A stretch of 64,000 bases of DNA from an uncultured Flavobacteriaceae bacterium (lineage in GTDB: Bacteria > Bacteroidota > Bacteroidia > Flavobacteriales > Flavobacteriaceae), in assembly GCA_963825045.1 (NCBI GenBank), contig CAWGSM010000037.1, forward strand, positions 46,083 to 110,082. Direction: 5' to 3'. The translations under genes and the position numbers were made by a program. Positions 1 through 8,888 of the stretch are shown one piece after another. Position 1 is the first letter of the stretch. Each line of letters starts with the position of its first letter. Under the pieces are notes generated by a model that ran no database searches, was not told the DNA's origin, and worked only from the letters and a program-made list of their open reading frames with translations.

Positions 1-1871
1 TATACCCTTTTTGAAAAGGATACCGAATATGTTGTTATAGACAACAAAGTGAAGATCGTTGATGAGCAGACCGGACGTATTATGGAAGGTCGTCGTTACA
101 GCGACGGTTTACACCAGGCAATCGAGGCCAAGGAAAATGTGAAGATCGAAGATGCTACGCAGACCTTTGCAACCGTAACCCTTCAGAATTATTTTAGAAT
201 GTACCGCAAACTTTCGGGGATGACGGGTACTGCGGTTACTGAGGCAGGTGAATTCTGGGAGATCTACGAGCTTGATGTGGTGGAAATTCCAACCAACAGA
301 CCCATTGCCCGTGATGATAAAGAGGATTTGGTTTATAAGACCAAACGAGAAAAATATAATGCGGTCATAGATCATGTTACAGATCTTTCCCAGGCGGGAA
401 GACCGGTTCTTATTGGTACAACTTCGGTGGAAATTTCGGAATTATTAAGCCGAATGCTGAAACTGAGAAATGTTCCACACAACGTACTTAACGCAAAACT
501 TCATAAAAAGGAGGCAGATATTGTTGCAGAAGCGGGTAATTCCGGGATTGTAACCATCGCTACCAACATGGCAGGTCGTGGTACGGATATTAAACTGAGT
601 AAAGAAGTTAAGGAAGCCGGCGGTCTTGCGATCGTAGGTACTGAACGTCACGATTCAAGACGTGTGGACAGGCAGTTACGTGGTCGTGCAGGACGTCAGG
701 GAGATCCGGGAAGTTCTCAGTTCTATGTTTCGCTGGAAGACAACCTGATGCGTCTGTTTGGCTCTGAGAGGATCGCTAAACTTATGGACCGTATGGGGCT
801 TGAGGAAGGCGAAGTTATCCAGCATTCCATGATCTCCAAATCTATAGAAAGAGCCCAGAAGAAAGTTGAAGAGAATAACTTTGGGGTTCGTAAAAGATTG
901 CTGGAATATGATGATGTGATGAACGCTCAGCGTGAAGTGATCTACAAACGTCGTTATCACGCGTTATTTGGAGAACGTTTAAGAGTGGATCTTGCCAATA
1001 TGATCTTCGATATTTCTGAAGCGATCACCGAAACCAATAAAGCTGCGGAAGACTTTAAGAACTTTGAATTTGAATTGATCAGGAACTTCTCCATGAGTTC
1101 TCCTGTTTCGGAAGAAGAATTTAAAACTATTAATACGCAGAAGCTTACCGGTGAAGTTTATAAGACCGCCTATAAGCATTATGACGAAAAAATGCAGCAT
1201 AGCGCGGAGCGTGCATACCCTGTGATCAAGCAGGTTTATGAGGATGAGAGAAATAATTTCGAACGAATTTCGGTTCCATTTCTCCGATGGTAATAAAACC
1301 CTTCAGGTAGTTACCAATCTGGAAAAAGCCTACGAAAGTGAAGGTAAGCAACTGGTTAAGGATTTTGAAAAGAACATTACTCTTGCCATTATTGACGATG
1401 CCTGGAAAACTCACCTGCGTAAAATGGATGAGTTGAAACAGAGTGTTCAGCTGGCGGTACACGAACAAAAAGATCCATTACTTATCTATAAATTCGAGGC
1501 TTTTGAATTATTCAAAGAGATGATTGAAGATGTTAACCGCGATGTGATCTCCTTCCTTATTCAAGGGAGAAATTCCCCAAAGCGGAGCCCCTAGTATTCA
1601 TGAGGCCCGGCAGGTTAGACAAAAAGAAAAAATGGAAACCAAGAAGGAAGAAATTCCTAATATGGATGAGCGTGCAGCACAAAGCCGTGCCGCAGGACAA
1701 ACTCAACGCCAGCCTGAAACTATCGAGACCATCGTTAGAGACCGACCAAAAATAGGAAGAAACGATAAGGTTACCATCAAGCACGTAATGAGCGGTGAGA
1801 ATAAAACACTAAAATACAAACAGGCCATTCCTCTTTTAGATAAGGGAGACTGGGTGCTGGTAGATGAATAG
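1..1871 (+). CDS. secA: Preprotein translocase SecA, 3' part (starts before window); two apparent +1 frameshifts near 1279-1281 and 1553-1557
   Basis: Motifs [54 protein letters not shown] and KIGRND are spread over ORFs 49-1293, 1238-1594 and 1632-1871; frame 1 is open from base 1. Confidence 0.95.
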
Positions 1872-2013
1872 GCGTTAGGCGTTAGGCGTTAGGCGTTAGG
1901 CGTTAGGCGTTAGGCGTTAGGCGTTAGGCGTTAGGCGTTAGGCGTTAGGCGTTAGGCGTTAGGCGTTAGGCGTTAGGCGTTAGGCGTTAGGCGTTAGGCG
2001 TTAGGCGTTAGGC
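1869..2013. repeat. Perfect heptamer tandem repeat (TAGGCGT)x20 plus TAGGC
   Basis: Read directly; the first unit begins at the secA TAG stop (1869-1871). Confidence 0.98.
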
Positions 2014-2019
2014 AAAATT

Positions 2020-2053
2020 AAAAATCCTGAAGTAAAACTTCAGGATTTTTTTT
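2020..2053 (+). terminator. Rho-independent terminator of secA (possibly bidirectional)
   Basis: AAAAATCCTGAAG-taaaa-CTTCAGGATTTTT followed by further T's. Confidence 0.85.
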
Positions 2054-2083
2054 GATTTTAGAAATACCACCACCGCTTCCACA

Positions 2084-2149
2084 CTTCGACAGGCTCAGTG
2101 TTCCAGATCATGCCATCCTGAGCCTGTCGAAGGATGGGCCTGTCGAAGG
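2084..2149. repeat. REP-like GC-rich palindromic element
   Basis: 15-bp perfect inverted repeat CTTCGACAGGCTCAG (2084-2098) / CTGAGCCTGTCGAAG (2118-2132), plus a partial third copy GCCTGTCGAAGG (2138-2149). Confidence 0.7.
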
Positions 2150-2188
2150 CCGAAACTAAACGAACGTGATCATACCATGATCCCATCT

Positions 2189-2572
2189 TTACAACCTATA
2201 CTGGCTATCCAGGAACTTTTTCAAAAATGGGATCTGCAAAAAGAAGAGCGCCACAAATGCTATAGCGTACTGCATAGTTTTCGAAAAATGTAGCTCAGGC
2301 ATATCAAATTTTGGGATATTGATATTTGCGGAAAGATCGATAGACAGATCAGAATTTATATAAGAAAGCCCGGCGATCGCAATTATGACAACTCCTGTAA
2401 TCATAAACCATACAGCCTGGGGAATAAGTGGCTTATATGGAGGAATTGGAGCTGTTTTTCTCTCCACTGCCATCATGATCTTACTTTTGAAATCTGCTGA
2501 AGGTTTTTCGGTGCCCACTTCATTCAGCAATTTCTTTATGAGCCGCTCCTCTCGGTTAGATTGCTTTTCCAT
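2189..2572 (-). CDS. Putative membrane-bound anti-sigma factor (2 TM)
   Basis: Overlaps the ECF sigma stop; N-terminal 'EKPSADFKSKIM' followed by two hydrophobic helices. Confidence 0.65.
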   Translation of the reverse strand: MEKQSNREERLIKKLLNEVGTEKPSADFKSKIMMAVERKTAPIPPYKPLIPQAVWFMITGVVIIAIAGLSYINSDLSIDLSANINIPKFDMPELHFSKTMQYAIAFVALFFLQIPFLKKFLDSQYRL

Positions 2573-3143
2573 TTCTTTTGGTTATTTCTGGTTTAATGTA
2601 GCTCTGCAATAACGAAAATAGCTTTTTCCTGCTACGATATAATTTTATTTTAATATTGTCTTCTGTCAGACTTGTAACCTCCACAATTTCTTTTACCGAC
2701 TGTTCTTCAAAATAATAGAGACTTATAATAGCAGCCTCTTCTGCGGGTAATTTATCTATACATTTACTAATGATCTCACTTCTTTCCTGGCTAAGCAGCG
2801 CTTCCAATCCATTTTCTATATGATCGAGACTATCATCGGTGACCTCTTCTATTATATCAAAGGTCTGTCTTCTTTTATTCATTTTGATCCTATCCAACGA
2901 CTTATGATAAACGATCCGGTATAACCATGTAGAAAATTTAGCCTCTCCCCTATAGCTTCTTAAAGATTCAAAAGCTTTTATAAAGCTATCCTGCGACACT
3001 TCCTCTGCTTCTTCCCTGTTCTTTAAAATTCTTATTGCAATGGTAAAAACAAAATTCTGGTATCGATCTACCAATTCCCCAAAGGAATTTGTATCACCGG
3101 TAAGGATTTTATCGATCAGATTTTGGTCAGTGTGCTTGATCAT
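2556..3143 (-). CDS. ECF RNA polymerase sigma-70 factor
   Basis: Region 2 (AEEVSQDSFIKAF, FSTWLYRI) and region 4 (SVKEI...IKIKLYRSRKKL). Confidence 0.93.
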   Translation of the reverse strand: MIKHTDQNLIDKILTGDTNSFGELVDRYQNFVFTIAIRILKNREEAEEVSQDSFIKAFESLRSYRGEAKFSTWLYRIVYHKSLDRIKMNKRRQTFDIIEEVTDDSLDHIENGLEALLSQERSEIISKCIDKLPAEEAAIISLYYFEEQSVKEIVEVTSLTEDNIKIKLYRSRKKLFSLLQSYIKPEITKRNGKAI

Positions 3144-3153
3144 TATTACATAA

Positions 3154-3180
3154 GACGACAGGTTTGAGTTTCTGGTTACA
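3154..3180 (-). promoter_or_regulatory. Predicted ECF promoter TGTAACC-N16-CGTC for the sigma gene (autoregulation)
   Basis: GACG 3154-3157 and GGTTACA 3174-3180 on +; -10 lies about 10 nt from the ATG. Confidence 0.7.
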
Positions 3181-3209
3181 AAAGATTTTCAAATAAATTT
3201 ACATTTTTT

Positions 3210-3236
3210 TGTAACCGGTTTTGAAAAACGGGCGTC
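3210..3236 (+). promoter_or_regulatory. Predicted ECF promoter TGTAACC-N16-CGTC for the divergent DUF6249 gene
   Basis: Identical -35/-10 elements and spacing to the opposite-strand copy. Confidence 0.7.
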
Positions 3237-3281
3237 CTAATATAAAACGAACATTTATTTTCACATTTAAATTTAAAAACT

Positions 3282-3632
3282 ATGGGATCTGAAGTAATTA
3301 TTATGCCAATCATTTTCGGTGTTATTTTTGGGATGTTTTACCTTTATATATCTGCCCGAAACCGCGAACGACTCGCTTTAATTGAAAAAGGAGCCGACGC
3401 CAGTATTTTTTACAGTAAGAAAAAACATGTAACTCCTATCTGGAAGGTTATTATTTTGAACCTTGGCCTTCTACTTGTAGGCATAGGTTTTGGAATATTT
3501 CTGGCCAACATCCTTAGCTATAATATGGGGGTGGAAGAAGACGTAGCCTTTCCCGGTACAATATTCCTCATGGCCGGTCTGGGATTACTGGCAGGTTTTT
3601 TCGCTACGAAAAAATTAAACGAGGACGCTTAG
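3282..3632 (+). CDS. DUF6249-like membrane protein
   Basis: RNRERLALIEKG motif after TM1, then two more TM helices. Confidence 0.75.
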   Translation: MGSEVIIMPIIFGVIFGMFYLYISARNRERLALIEKGADASIFYSKKKHVTPIWKVIILNLGLLLVGIGFGIFLANILSYNMGVEEDVAFPGTIFLMAGLGLLAGFFATKKLNEDA

Positions 3633-3653
3633 TATTTTCTAAAATTCATCAGT

Positions 3654-3679
3654 TCCCGGACATAAGTCCGGGATTTTTT
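3654..3679 (+). terminator. Rho-independent terminator
   Basis: TCCCGGAC-ataa-GTCCGGGA followed by TTTTTT. Confidence 0.8.
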
Positions 3680-3742
3680 ATTTTAGGCTGTTGCCAATTG
3701 TAATTTTCTTAATTTTATTCCGCTAACCAATCATTCCAACAA

Positions 3743-4219
3743 ATGAAAAAATTCGCGATCGAAATTAAATGGGCCATCATCTTTAGTATCGCCACCCTCC
3801 TTTGGATTTTTATGGAAAAGTCTCTGGGATGGCATGATGAACTTATAGCGAAACAGGCGATCTACACGAACTTTTTTGCCATAGTGGCTATAGCAATTTA
3901 TGTATTAGCGATCTGGGATAAAAGAAAAAACTTCTTTCATGGGAAGATGACCTGGACCCAGGGTTTTATTTCAGGAATTATTCTAAGTGCGATTGTAGCC
4001 ATTCTTTCTCCACTTGTTCAATATATTTCCACTAAAATTATTTCTCCGGACTATTTTACAAATGCGATAGATTATGCAGTTGAAAATGGCCGGATGAGCC
4101 TGGAGAGTGCCGAAGGATTTTTTAATATGAAATCCTATATATTACAGGGGTTTTTTACCGCTCTTGGAATGGGAACCGTCACTTCTGCGATCGTGGCCCT
4201 GGTTTTAAGAAAGAAATAG
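3743..4219 (+). CDS. DUF4199-like 4-TM membrane protein
   Basis: Hydrophobic pattern and 'MTWTQGFISG...ISPDYFTNAI'. Confidence 0.75.
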   Translation: MKKFAIEIKWAIIFSIATLLWIFMEKSLGWHDELIAKQAIYTNFFAIVAIAIYVLAIWDKRKNFFHGKMTWTQGFISGIILSAIVAILSPLVQYISTKIISPDYFTNAIDYAVENGRMSLESAEGFFNMKSYILQGFFTALGMGTVTSAIVALVLRKK

Positions 4220-4353
4220 ATTTCATAGTCGCATCGCTCCTTTGAAATAACTACAATCTAATCACTAAAAAAAGTAATTTAAAGCCTAAGGAGAAATCTA
4301 TTATTTAGCAAAGCCTGTTTATTTTTATCACTCTTTTATTCAAAAAGAGTAAA

Positions 4354-5031
4354 CTACAGCTTCAATAATAAATTAGGATCGGGACAATTACGCAGGTAGG
4401 TTACAAGATCCTCTCGTTTTACAACTCCAGGATAATCTCCTAAATTTCCCTGCATATTTTCCATTATCTGGAAATGTAAATGAGGGGCATAATCCCCATT
4501 TTCATGAAAATCACCCAGTTCTCCAATCTTTTCACCTTTCTCAATTGGTGATCCAAGGGTTATATTTTCAAGCGATTCACGACTTAGATGTCCGTAAAGT
4601 GTATAAAATATGCGATCCTGAATTTCATGTTCCAGAATAATTGTAGGCCCATAATCTCCAAAACTATCATTATCCCTGACCGCTTGAATTTTTCCCTGGA
4701 TAGGTGCTATAATTTCAGAATAAGCCGGTGCCCAGATATCCAGACCAATATGTATATTTCTATTAATTTTGGGATTATTGAAAAGCTGAGATCGATTATA
4801 TAAAGTACGAAGTTCGTTATATCCTCCGTAGGCTGCCCGGGCATTTTTGTTCTTCAGATATTCAGTTATAAAAACAGAAAATGCCTCCGAAGAAGCAACC
4901 TCAAGTTTCAATAATTCAGGATTATTTTCAGAAAGATCAATTGCCGTAAAATCTTCACGTTTAAAATCTCCTCCTATTACCGGCGTAAATCCGGAAGTAA
5001 TTCCGCTTAAAAAATCTGAAAAACTTTGCAT
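4354..5031 (-). CDS. M23 family metallopeptidase
   Basis: HIGLD, YGHL and PHLHFQ zinc motifs. Confidence 0.9.
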   Translation of the reverse strand: MQSFSDFLSGITSGFTPVIGGDFKREDFTAIDLSENNPELLKLEVASSEAFSVFITEYLKNKNARAAYGGYNELRTLYNRSQLFNNPKINRNIHIGLDIWAPAYSEIIAPIQGKIQAVRDNDSFGDYGPTIILEHEIQDRIFYTLYGHLSRESLENITLGSPIEKGEKIGELGDFHENGDYAPHLHFQIMENMQGNLGDYPGVVKREDLVTYLRNCPDPNLLLKL

Positions 5032-5070
5032 ACCATTCAGCTTGAAAAAGCCAAATGTAATCCCTGTAAT

Positions 5071-6465
5071 CTAATTTACCAATATATCGCTAAAATTAGC
5101 TTTAATACTAATATTTCCATTCGCATCTCTGGATCTGCTATATCCGTTGAGGATCTCATTGTCATAAGTCTTTGTAGACTTTAGAGACAAACTTTTTGGA
5201 TATTTTATAGAGCTTTGGGTTCCATTATAGGTAAAATTAAAAGCGGTTTGAGGAAGGGCCAATTCCAGGTCACTATTTTCCAGAGTTATATTTAGTGTTT
5301 CAAATCCAGGTCCAAGCCTATTAATATTCAATTTTCCAAAAGATCCGGAAAGTACGCCGGTCTTTTGAATTTCATTAATAACAATATCACTGGAATTGGA
5401 ATTTAATTTAATACTTACCGCTTTCCCTATTTTACAACTACGAACAAAATCTGTAGAAAGTACTCCGTATTCCCAGGTTCCAATATTAATAGGAGAATAG
5501 GCCACTTTAACATTGGTAGCTTTACCTGAGATCTGGTTGGCCGAAAGCCGACTATGAGATAAGTCGGCCTTCAGGTTCTTAAAATTACTTCCCAGTTTTA
5601 GTTCGCCATGACGTACATTTAAATGCAGTTTGGCGTCTTTAGGAACTTTTATTTTGATCGTTCTTTTAGATTTTACTCCTTCTCCATCAATAACAATCAC
5701 ATTGGAGTCTCCATTGGCAAACTGCGCTTCCATCTGCTTTCCAAACTGTTCGCCCCAGGCTTCCATTTTCTTCCCGAAATCTTCACCCCAGGCCTCCATA
5801 TCTTTTTCAAAATCTTTACTCCAGACCTCCATTTTCGCTTCATAATCTTTTTCAAATTTTTCAGAATCTTTTTCCATTTGTTCGGCCCATTTCTCCATCT
5901 TATCTTCGAAATCCTTTCCGAATTTCTTCTCAAATTTAGCCTCCCATTTTTCCAGATACTTGTCTCCATCCTTTTTATAGGCTTCATAATCAAACTTCAT
6001 ATCTTTCATATTTTCAGCAAATTCAGGGGGTAAAGGATGTTCAGATATATTAGCCAGGATAGGTCCCACAAGGTCTGTCATTAATGGCTGCAGCATTTCA
6101 GGTAATTTATCAAGGCTTTTAAGAGCGCTCATATCCATGTCCATGTCGAAATTCATATTCATGTTCATCCCTCCCGAAGAATTGATCTTTACCACTCCTG
6201 CTGAAGAAGAAGTTTCCAGATCCCAGGAATCCAGCAACTTTTTAGTCTCTTCTTTATTGGCACCTTCTGCATTGAGATAAGCCTCGATCTCTACTTCGTT
6301 CTTATCCCAGTTTTCGATGATCACATTAGTATGCCTGGAATCTATCTCCACATTCACCTCTGCAGAGGTCTTGTAATTCTTACTCAGCTTTTTAGTCTGA
6401 GCAATGGATCCTGCCCCGATGAATAGCAGTACCAGCAATATATAGTTAAGCCTGAGAGTCTTCAT
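5071..6465 (-). CDS. Secreted protein with central helical 11-residue repeats and DUF4097/adhesin-like beta-repeat C-terminus
   Basis: Signal peptide; repeats such as MEAWGEDFGKK/MEAWGEQFGKQ; third gene of the ECF operon. Confidence 0.6.
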   Translation of the reverse strand: MKTLRLNYILLVLLFIGAGSIAQTKKLSKNYKTSAEVNVEIDSRHTNVIIENWDKNEVEIEAYLNAEGANKEETKKLLDSWDLETSSSAGVVKINSSGGMNMNMNFDMDMDMSALKSLDKLPEMLQPLMTDLVGPILANISEHPLPPEFAENMKDMKFDYEAYKKDGDKYLEKWEAKFEKKFGKDFEDKMEKWAEQMEKDSEKFEKDYEAKMEVWSKDFEKDMEAWGEDFGKKMEAWGEQFGKQMEAQFANGDSNVIVIDGEGVKSKRTIKIKVPKDAKLHLNVRHGELKLGSNFKNLKADLSHSRLSANQISGKATNVKVAYSPINIGTWEYGVLSTDFVRSCKIGKAVSIKLNSNSSDIVINEIQKTGVLSGSFGKLNINRLGPGFETLNITLENSDLELALPQTAFNFTYNGTQSSIKYPKSLSLKSTKTYDNEILNGYSRSRDANGNISIKANFSDILVN

Positions 6466-7054
6466 AACTGTTAGTTTTGGATTGTTTAAGTTCTTCTAAT
6501 TTGTTTTTTAATTTTTTGAGAAGATCCAGTCTTAACTGTAGGTTCGCGATCATAGCCTCCACGGTCTCCTCGTTTAAACCGGAATTTTCGATCTCAGCAT
6601 TCAAGGCTGTATATTCCTGATCTAAGGTTTCCAGTTTGTTCATAAATGCATCTATAAGTTCTTTATTCCTGGGAGTCATATCCAGTTTAGCCAACTGTAT
6701 ATTAAGACTCGCCATGTAATAGTCTTCTATTTTTTTAAATTCAGGAGAATCATTGCTCAACCTGTAATTTGTAGATGGAACATTCTCTTTGGTTTCCTGA
6801 TCTACAGATGTTTCTACAACCTGATTTTCCGGAACCACAGTCTCATTCTGATTTCCGAAGAAAAGAAAACCTGCGACTCCAAGAGCCACCACCAGCACCG
6901 CTGCGATTTGCAGATAACCATAGTTGTTATTTTTCTTCTCTCTGGGCAAAGCTTCATCCAAACGGCTTTCGAATCGTTTCTGATGCCCTTTGCTGATCTT
7001 TTCCCTATTACTGAGTTCCTGGTTGCGGAACATTTCTCTAATATCCTGTCCCAT
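6446..7054 (-). CDS. Putative anti-sigma factor (single TM, periplasmic helical domain)
   Basis: GHQKRFESRL N-terminus, IAAVLVVALG TM, NLQLRLDLL C-terminus; directly downstream of ECF sigma. Confidence 0.7.
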   Translation of the reverse strand: MGQDIREMFRNQELSNREKISKGHQKRFESRLDEALPREKKNNNYGYLQIAAVLVVALGVAGFLFFGNQNETVVPENQVVETSVDQETKENVPSTNYRLSNDSPEFKKIEDYYMASLNIQLAKLDMTPRNKELIDAFMNKLETLDQEYTALNAEIENSGLNEETVEAMIANLQLRLDLLKKLKNKLEELKQSKTNSYEDSQA

Positions 7055-7583
7055 TGCTTATGGTTTTAAGTTCATCCTGTAATTTTTTCTTGCCTCTGTG
7101 CACCAGAGTTCGCGATGCTACCTGAGAGATATTCAGTATTTCGCTAATTTCTTCATGATCGTATCCTTCTATTAAAAAAAGCATCAGAGGATATTTATAT
7201 TTTTCGGGTAAACGCTCGATCTCATTTTTCACCTCTTCGATTCCTATTCCATCTTCCACCTGCCAGTCTTCCTGTTCATCTACGGTCCCCAGGATCTGTT
7301 CATTAATGGCTACTAATTCCATTTTTTTGGCCTTAAGCTTATCCAGGCACTTATTGATCACAATTCGCTTTAACCAGGCTCCGAAGGTTACTTCTCCGTT
7401 AAACTGATGTAATTTGGTAAAGGCTTTTATAAAAGCTTCCTGCATGGCATCCTCCGCTTCCATTGAATCTTTTAAAAACCTTAATGCAACAAAATACATC
7501 CCGTCACAGTACTGGTTATACAGCTTTAATTGTGCCCTTCGGCTGTTTTGCTTACAAGCTTCTATTAGCTTATGCTGTATCAA
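7038..7583 (-). CDS. ECF RNA polymerase sigma-70 factor
   Basis: AEDAMQEAFIKAF, FGAWLKRIVIN, EGYDHEEISEIL. Confidence 0.93.
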   Translation of the reverse strand: MIQHKLIEACKQNSRRAQLKLYNQYCDGMYFVALRFLKDSMEAEDAMQEAFIKAFTKLHQFNGEVTFGAWLKRIVINKCLDKLKAKKMELVAINEQILGTVDEQEDWQVEDGIGIEEVKNEIERLPEKYKYPLMLFLIEGYDHEEISEILNISQVASRTLVHRGKKKLQDELKTISNGTGY

Positions 7584-7619
7584 TTTAATTTCGGTTTTGA
7601 TGGGTTAGTTCACTTTAAA

Positions 7620-7645
7620 GACGAAATAAAAAGTCTCACGTTGCA
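7620..7645 (-). promoter_or_regulatory. Predicted ECF promoter TGCAAC-N16-CGTC
   Basis: GACG 7620-7623 and GTTGCA 7640-7645 on +, upstream of the second ECF operon. Confidence 0.6.
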
Positions 7646-7751
7646 AAATTTCCGAAAAAATTTCTATTTCGTCCAATATTCTTACTTTTAATAGGTTTTT
7701 CACCTCAAAAATAGATTTATAATGGTCTGATTTTTGAAAATTTCAAATATT

Positions 7752-8345
7752 ATGGGTACGACCTCAAAACTTATACTGAAGATTCTTGGAGCAATTATAG
7801 CCATTGCCTTGATCCTTTTATTTATAATTCACTACAATACGAAAGCTCACAGTCCCGAGGAAACGCTTACCTATTCCGGGAAAACGCTGGAAATGGAAGT
7901 CTTTTATAATCGTCCCTATAAAAAAGACCGTAAGATCTTCGGTGGACTCGTTCCCTATAATAAAGTCTGGAGAACAGGGGCCAATGAAGCGACCACTTTT
8001 AAAACGAATCAGGATATCCTGGTTGACGGAAGTCTTTTAAGAGCCGGGAAGTATACTTTATGGACGGTTCCTATGAAAGATAGCTGGAAAGTGATGTTCA
8101 ATTCAAAAATGTATCCCTGGGGGATTAATTTAGACAAGGAAGCCTACCGGGACCCAAAATTCGACTCTCTGGTGATGGAGAGACCGGTAAATAAACTGAA
8201 TTCTACTTTGGAACAATTCACTATCTTTTTTGAAGAGGAAGGAGAATTTGTAAATATGGTTTTAGCCTGGGACAAAACCAGTATTACAATACCTATCAAA
8301 CAAACAGAGGCACCAAACGGTACCTCTGTTTCCTTAAATTATTAA
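7752..8345 (+). CDS. DUF2911 domain protein
   Basis: IFGGLVPYNKVWRTGANEAT motif. Confidence 0.88.
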   Translation: MGTTSKLILKILGAIIAIALILLFIIHYNTKAHSPEETLTYSGKTLEMEVFYNRPYKKDRKIFGGLVPYNKVWRTGANEATTFKTNQDILVDGSLLRAGKYTLWTVPMKDSWKVMFNSKMYPWGINLDKEAYRDPKFDSLVMERPVNKLNSTLEQFTIFFEEEGEFVNMVLAWDKTSITIPIKQTEAPNGTSVSLNY

Positions 8346-8354
8346 AATGTCAAT

Positions 8355-8786
8355 TTAATCTTCATCCAATAATAAGTTTAAAGTAACATCTATATTATCT
8401 CTTGTTGCGCGTGAATAAGGGCAAATCTCATGGGCCTGATTCACAAGCATCTCTCCTTTTTCAATATCCTGTACTCCCGGTAAATAAGAATCCAGGATTA
8501 CGGCAAGCTGTAATTCATCTTCTTCGGTTTCACCAATTTTTACAGTAGCCTTGACACTAAAATCACCCAGATCTATTTTATGTTTTTCAGCTATGACCTC
8601 TAGAGCACTTCCAAAACAGGAAGAATACGCGGCACCAAAGAGCTGTTCAGAATTTGTAAATTTTCCGCCTTCACCTCCCATACTTTCGGGCATACTTAAT
8701 TCCATATCGATAATTCCATCATCGCTACGGGTATGTCCTTTTCGTCCTCCTGTTGTAGTAACCTTAGCTTTATATAATGTTTTCAT
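8355..8786 (-). CDS. ohr: Ohr/OsmC-family organic hydroperoxide resistance protein
   Basis: NSEQLFGAAYSSCF and AHEICPYSRA cysteine motifs. Confidence 0.88.
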   Translation of the reverse strand: MKTLYKAKVTTTGGRKGHTRSDDGIIDMELSMPESMGGEGGKFTNSEQLFGAAYSSCFGSALEVIAEKHKIDLGDFSVKATVKIGETEEDELQLAVILDSYLPGVQDIEKGEMLVNQAHEICPYSRATRDNIDVTLNLLLDED

Positions 8787-8888
8787 GGCTTGAATTAATT
8801 AATTAATTTAGGTTGCTTCAATATACCAAGCAAATAAGGAAGCCTCAAAGCAGTATTTCATAAATTTGTCATAAATATTAATTCAATT

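Noticed and set aside
1238-1632. Programmed frameshifting in secA
   Set aside because: No convincing slippery site with a stimulatory structure; similar single-base insertions in purM and glnA point to sequence error
1869-2013. CRISPR array or real telomere
   Set aside because: No spacers and no cas genes; the array is internal, between secA and its terminator
8302-8331. Hairpin AAACAGAGG/CCTCTGTTT inside the 3' end of the DUF2911 gene
   Set aside because: Best explained as an ordinary terminator for the convergent genes
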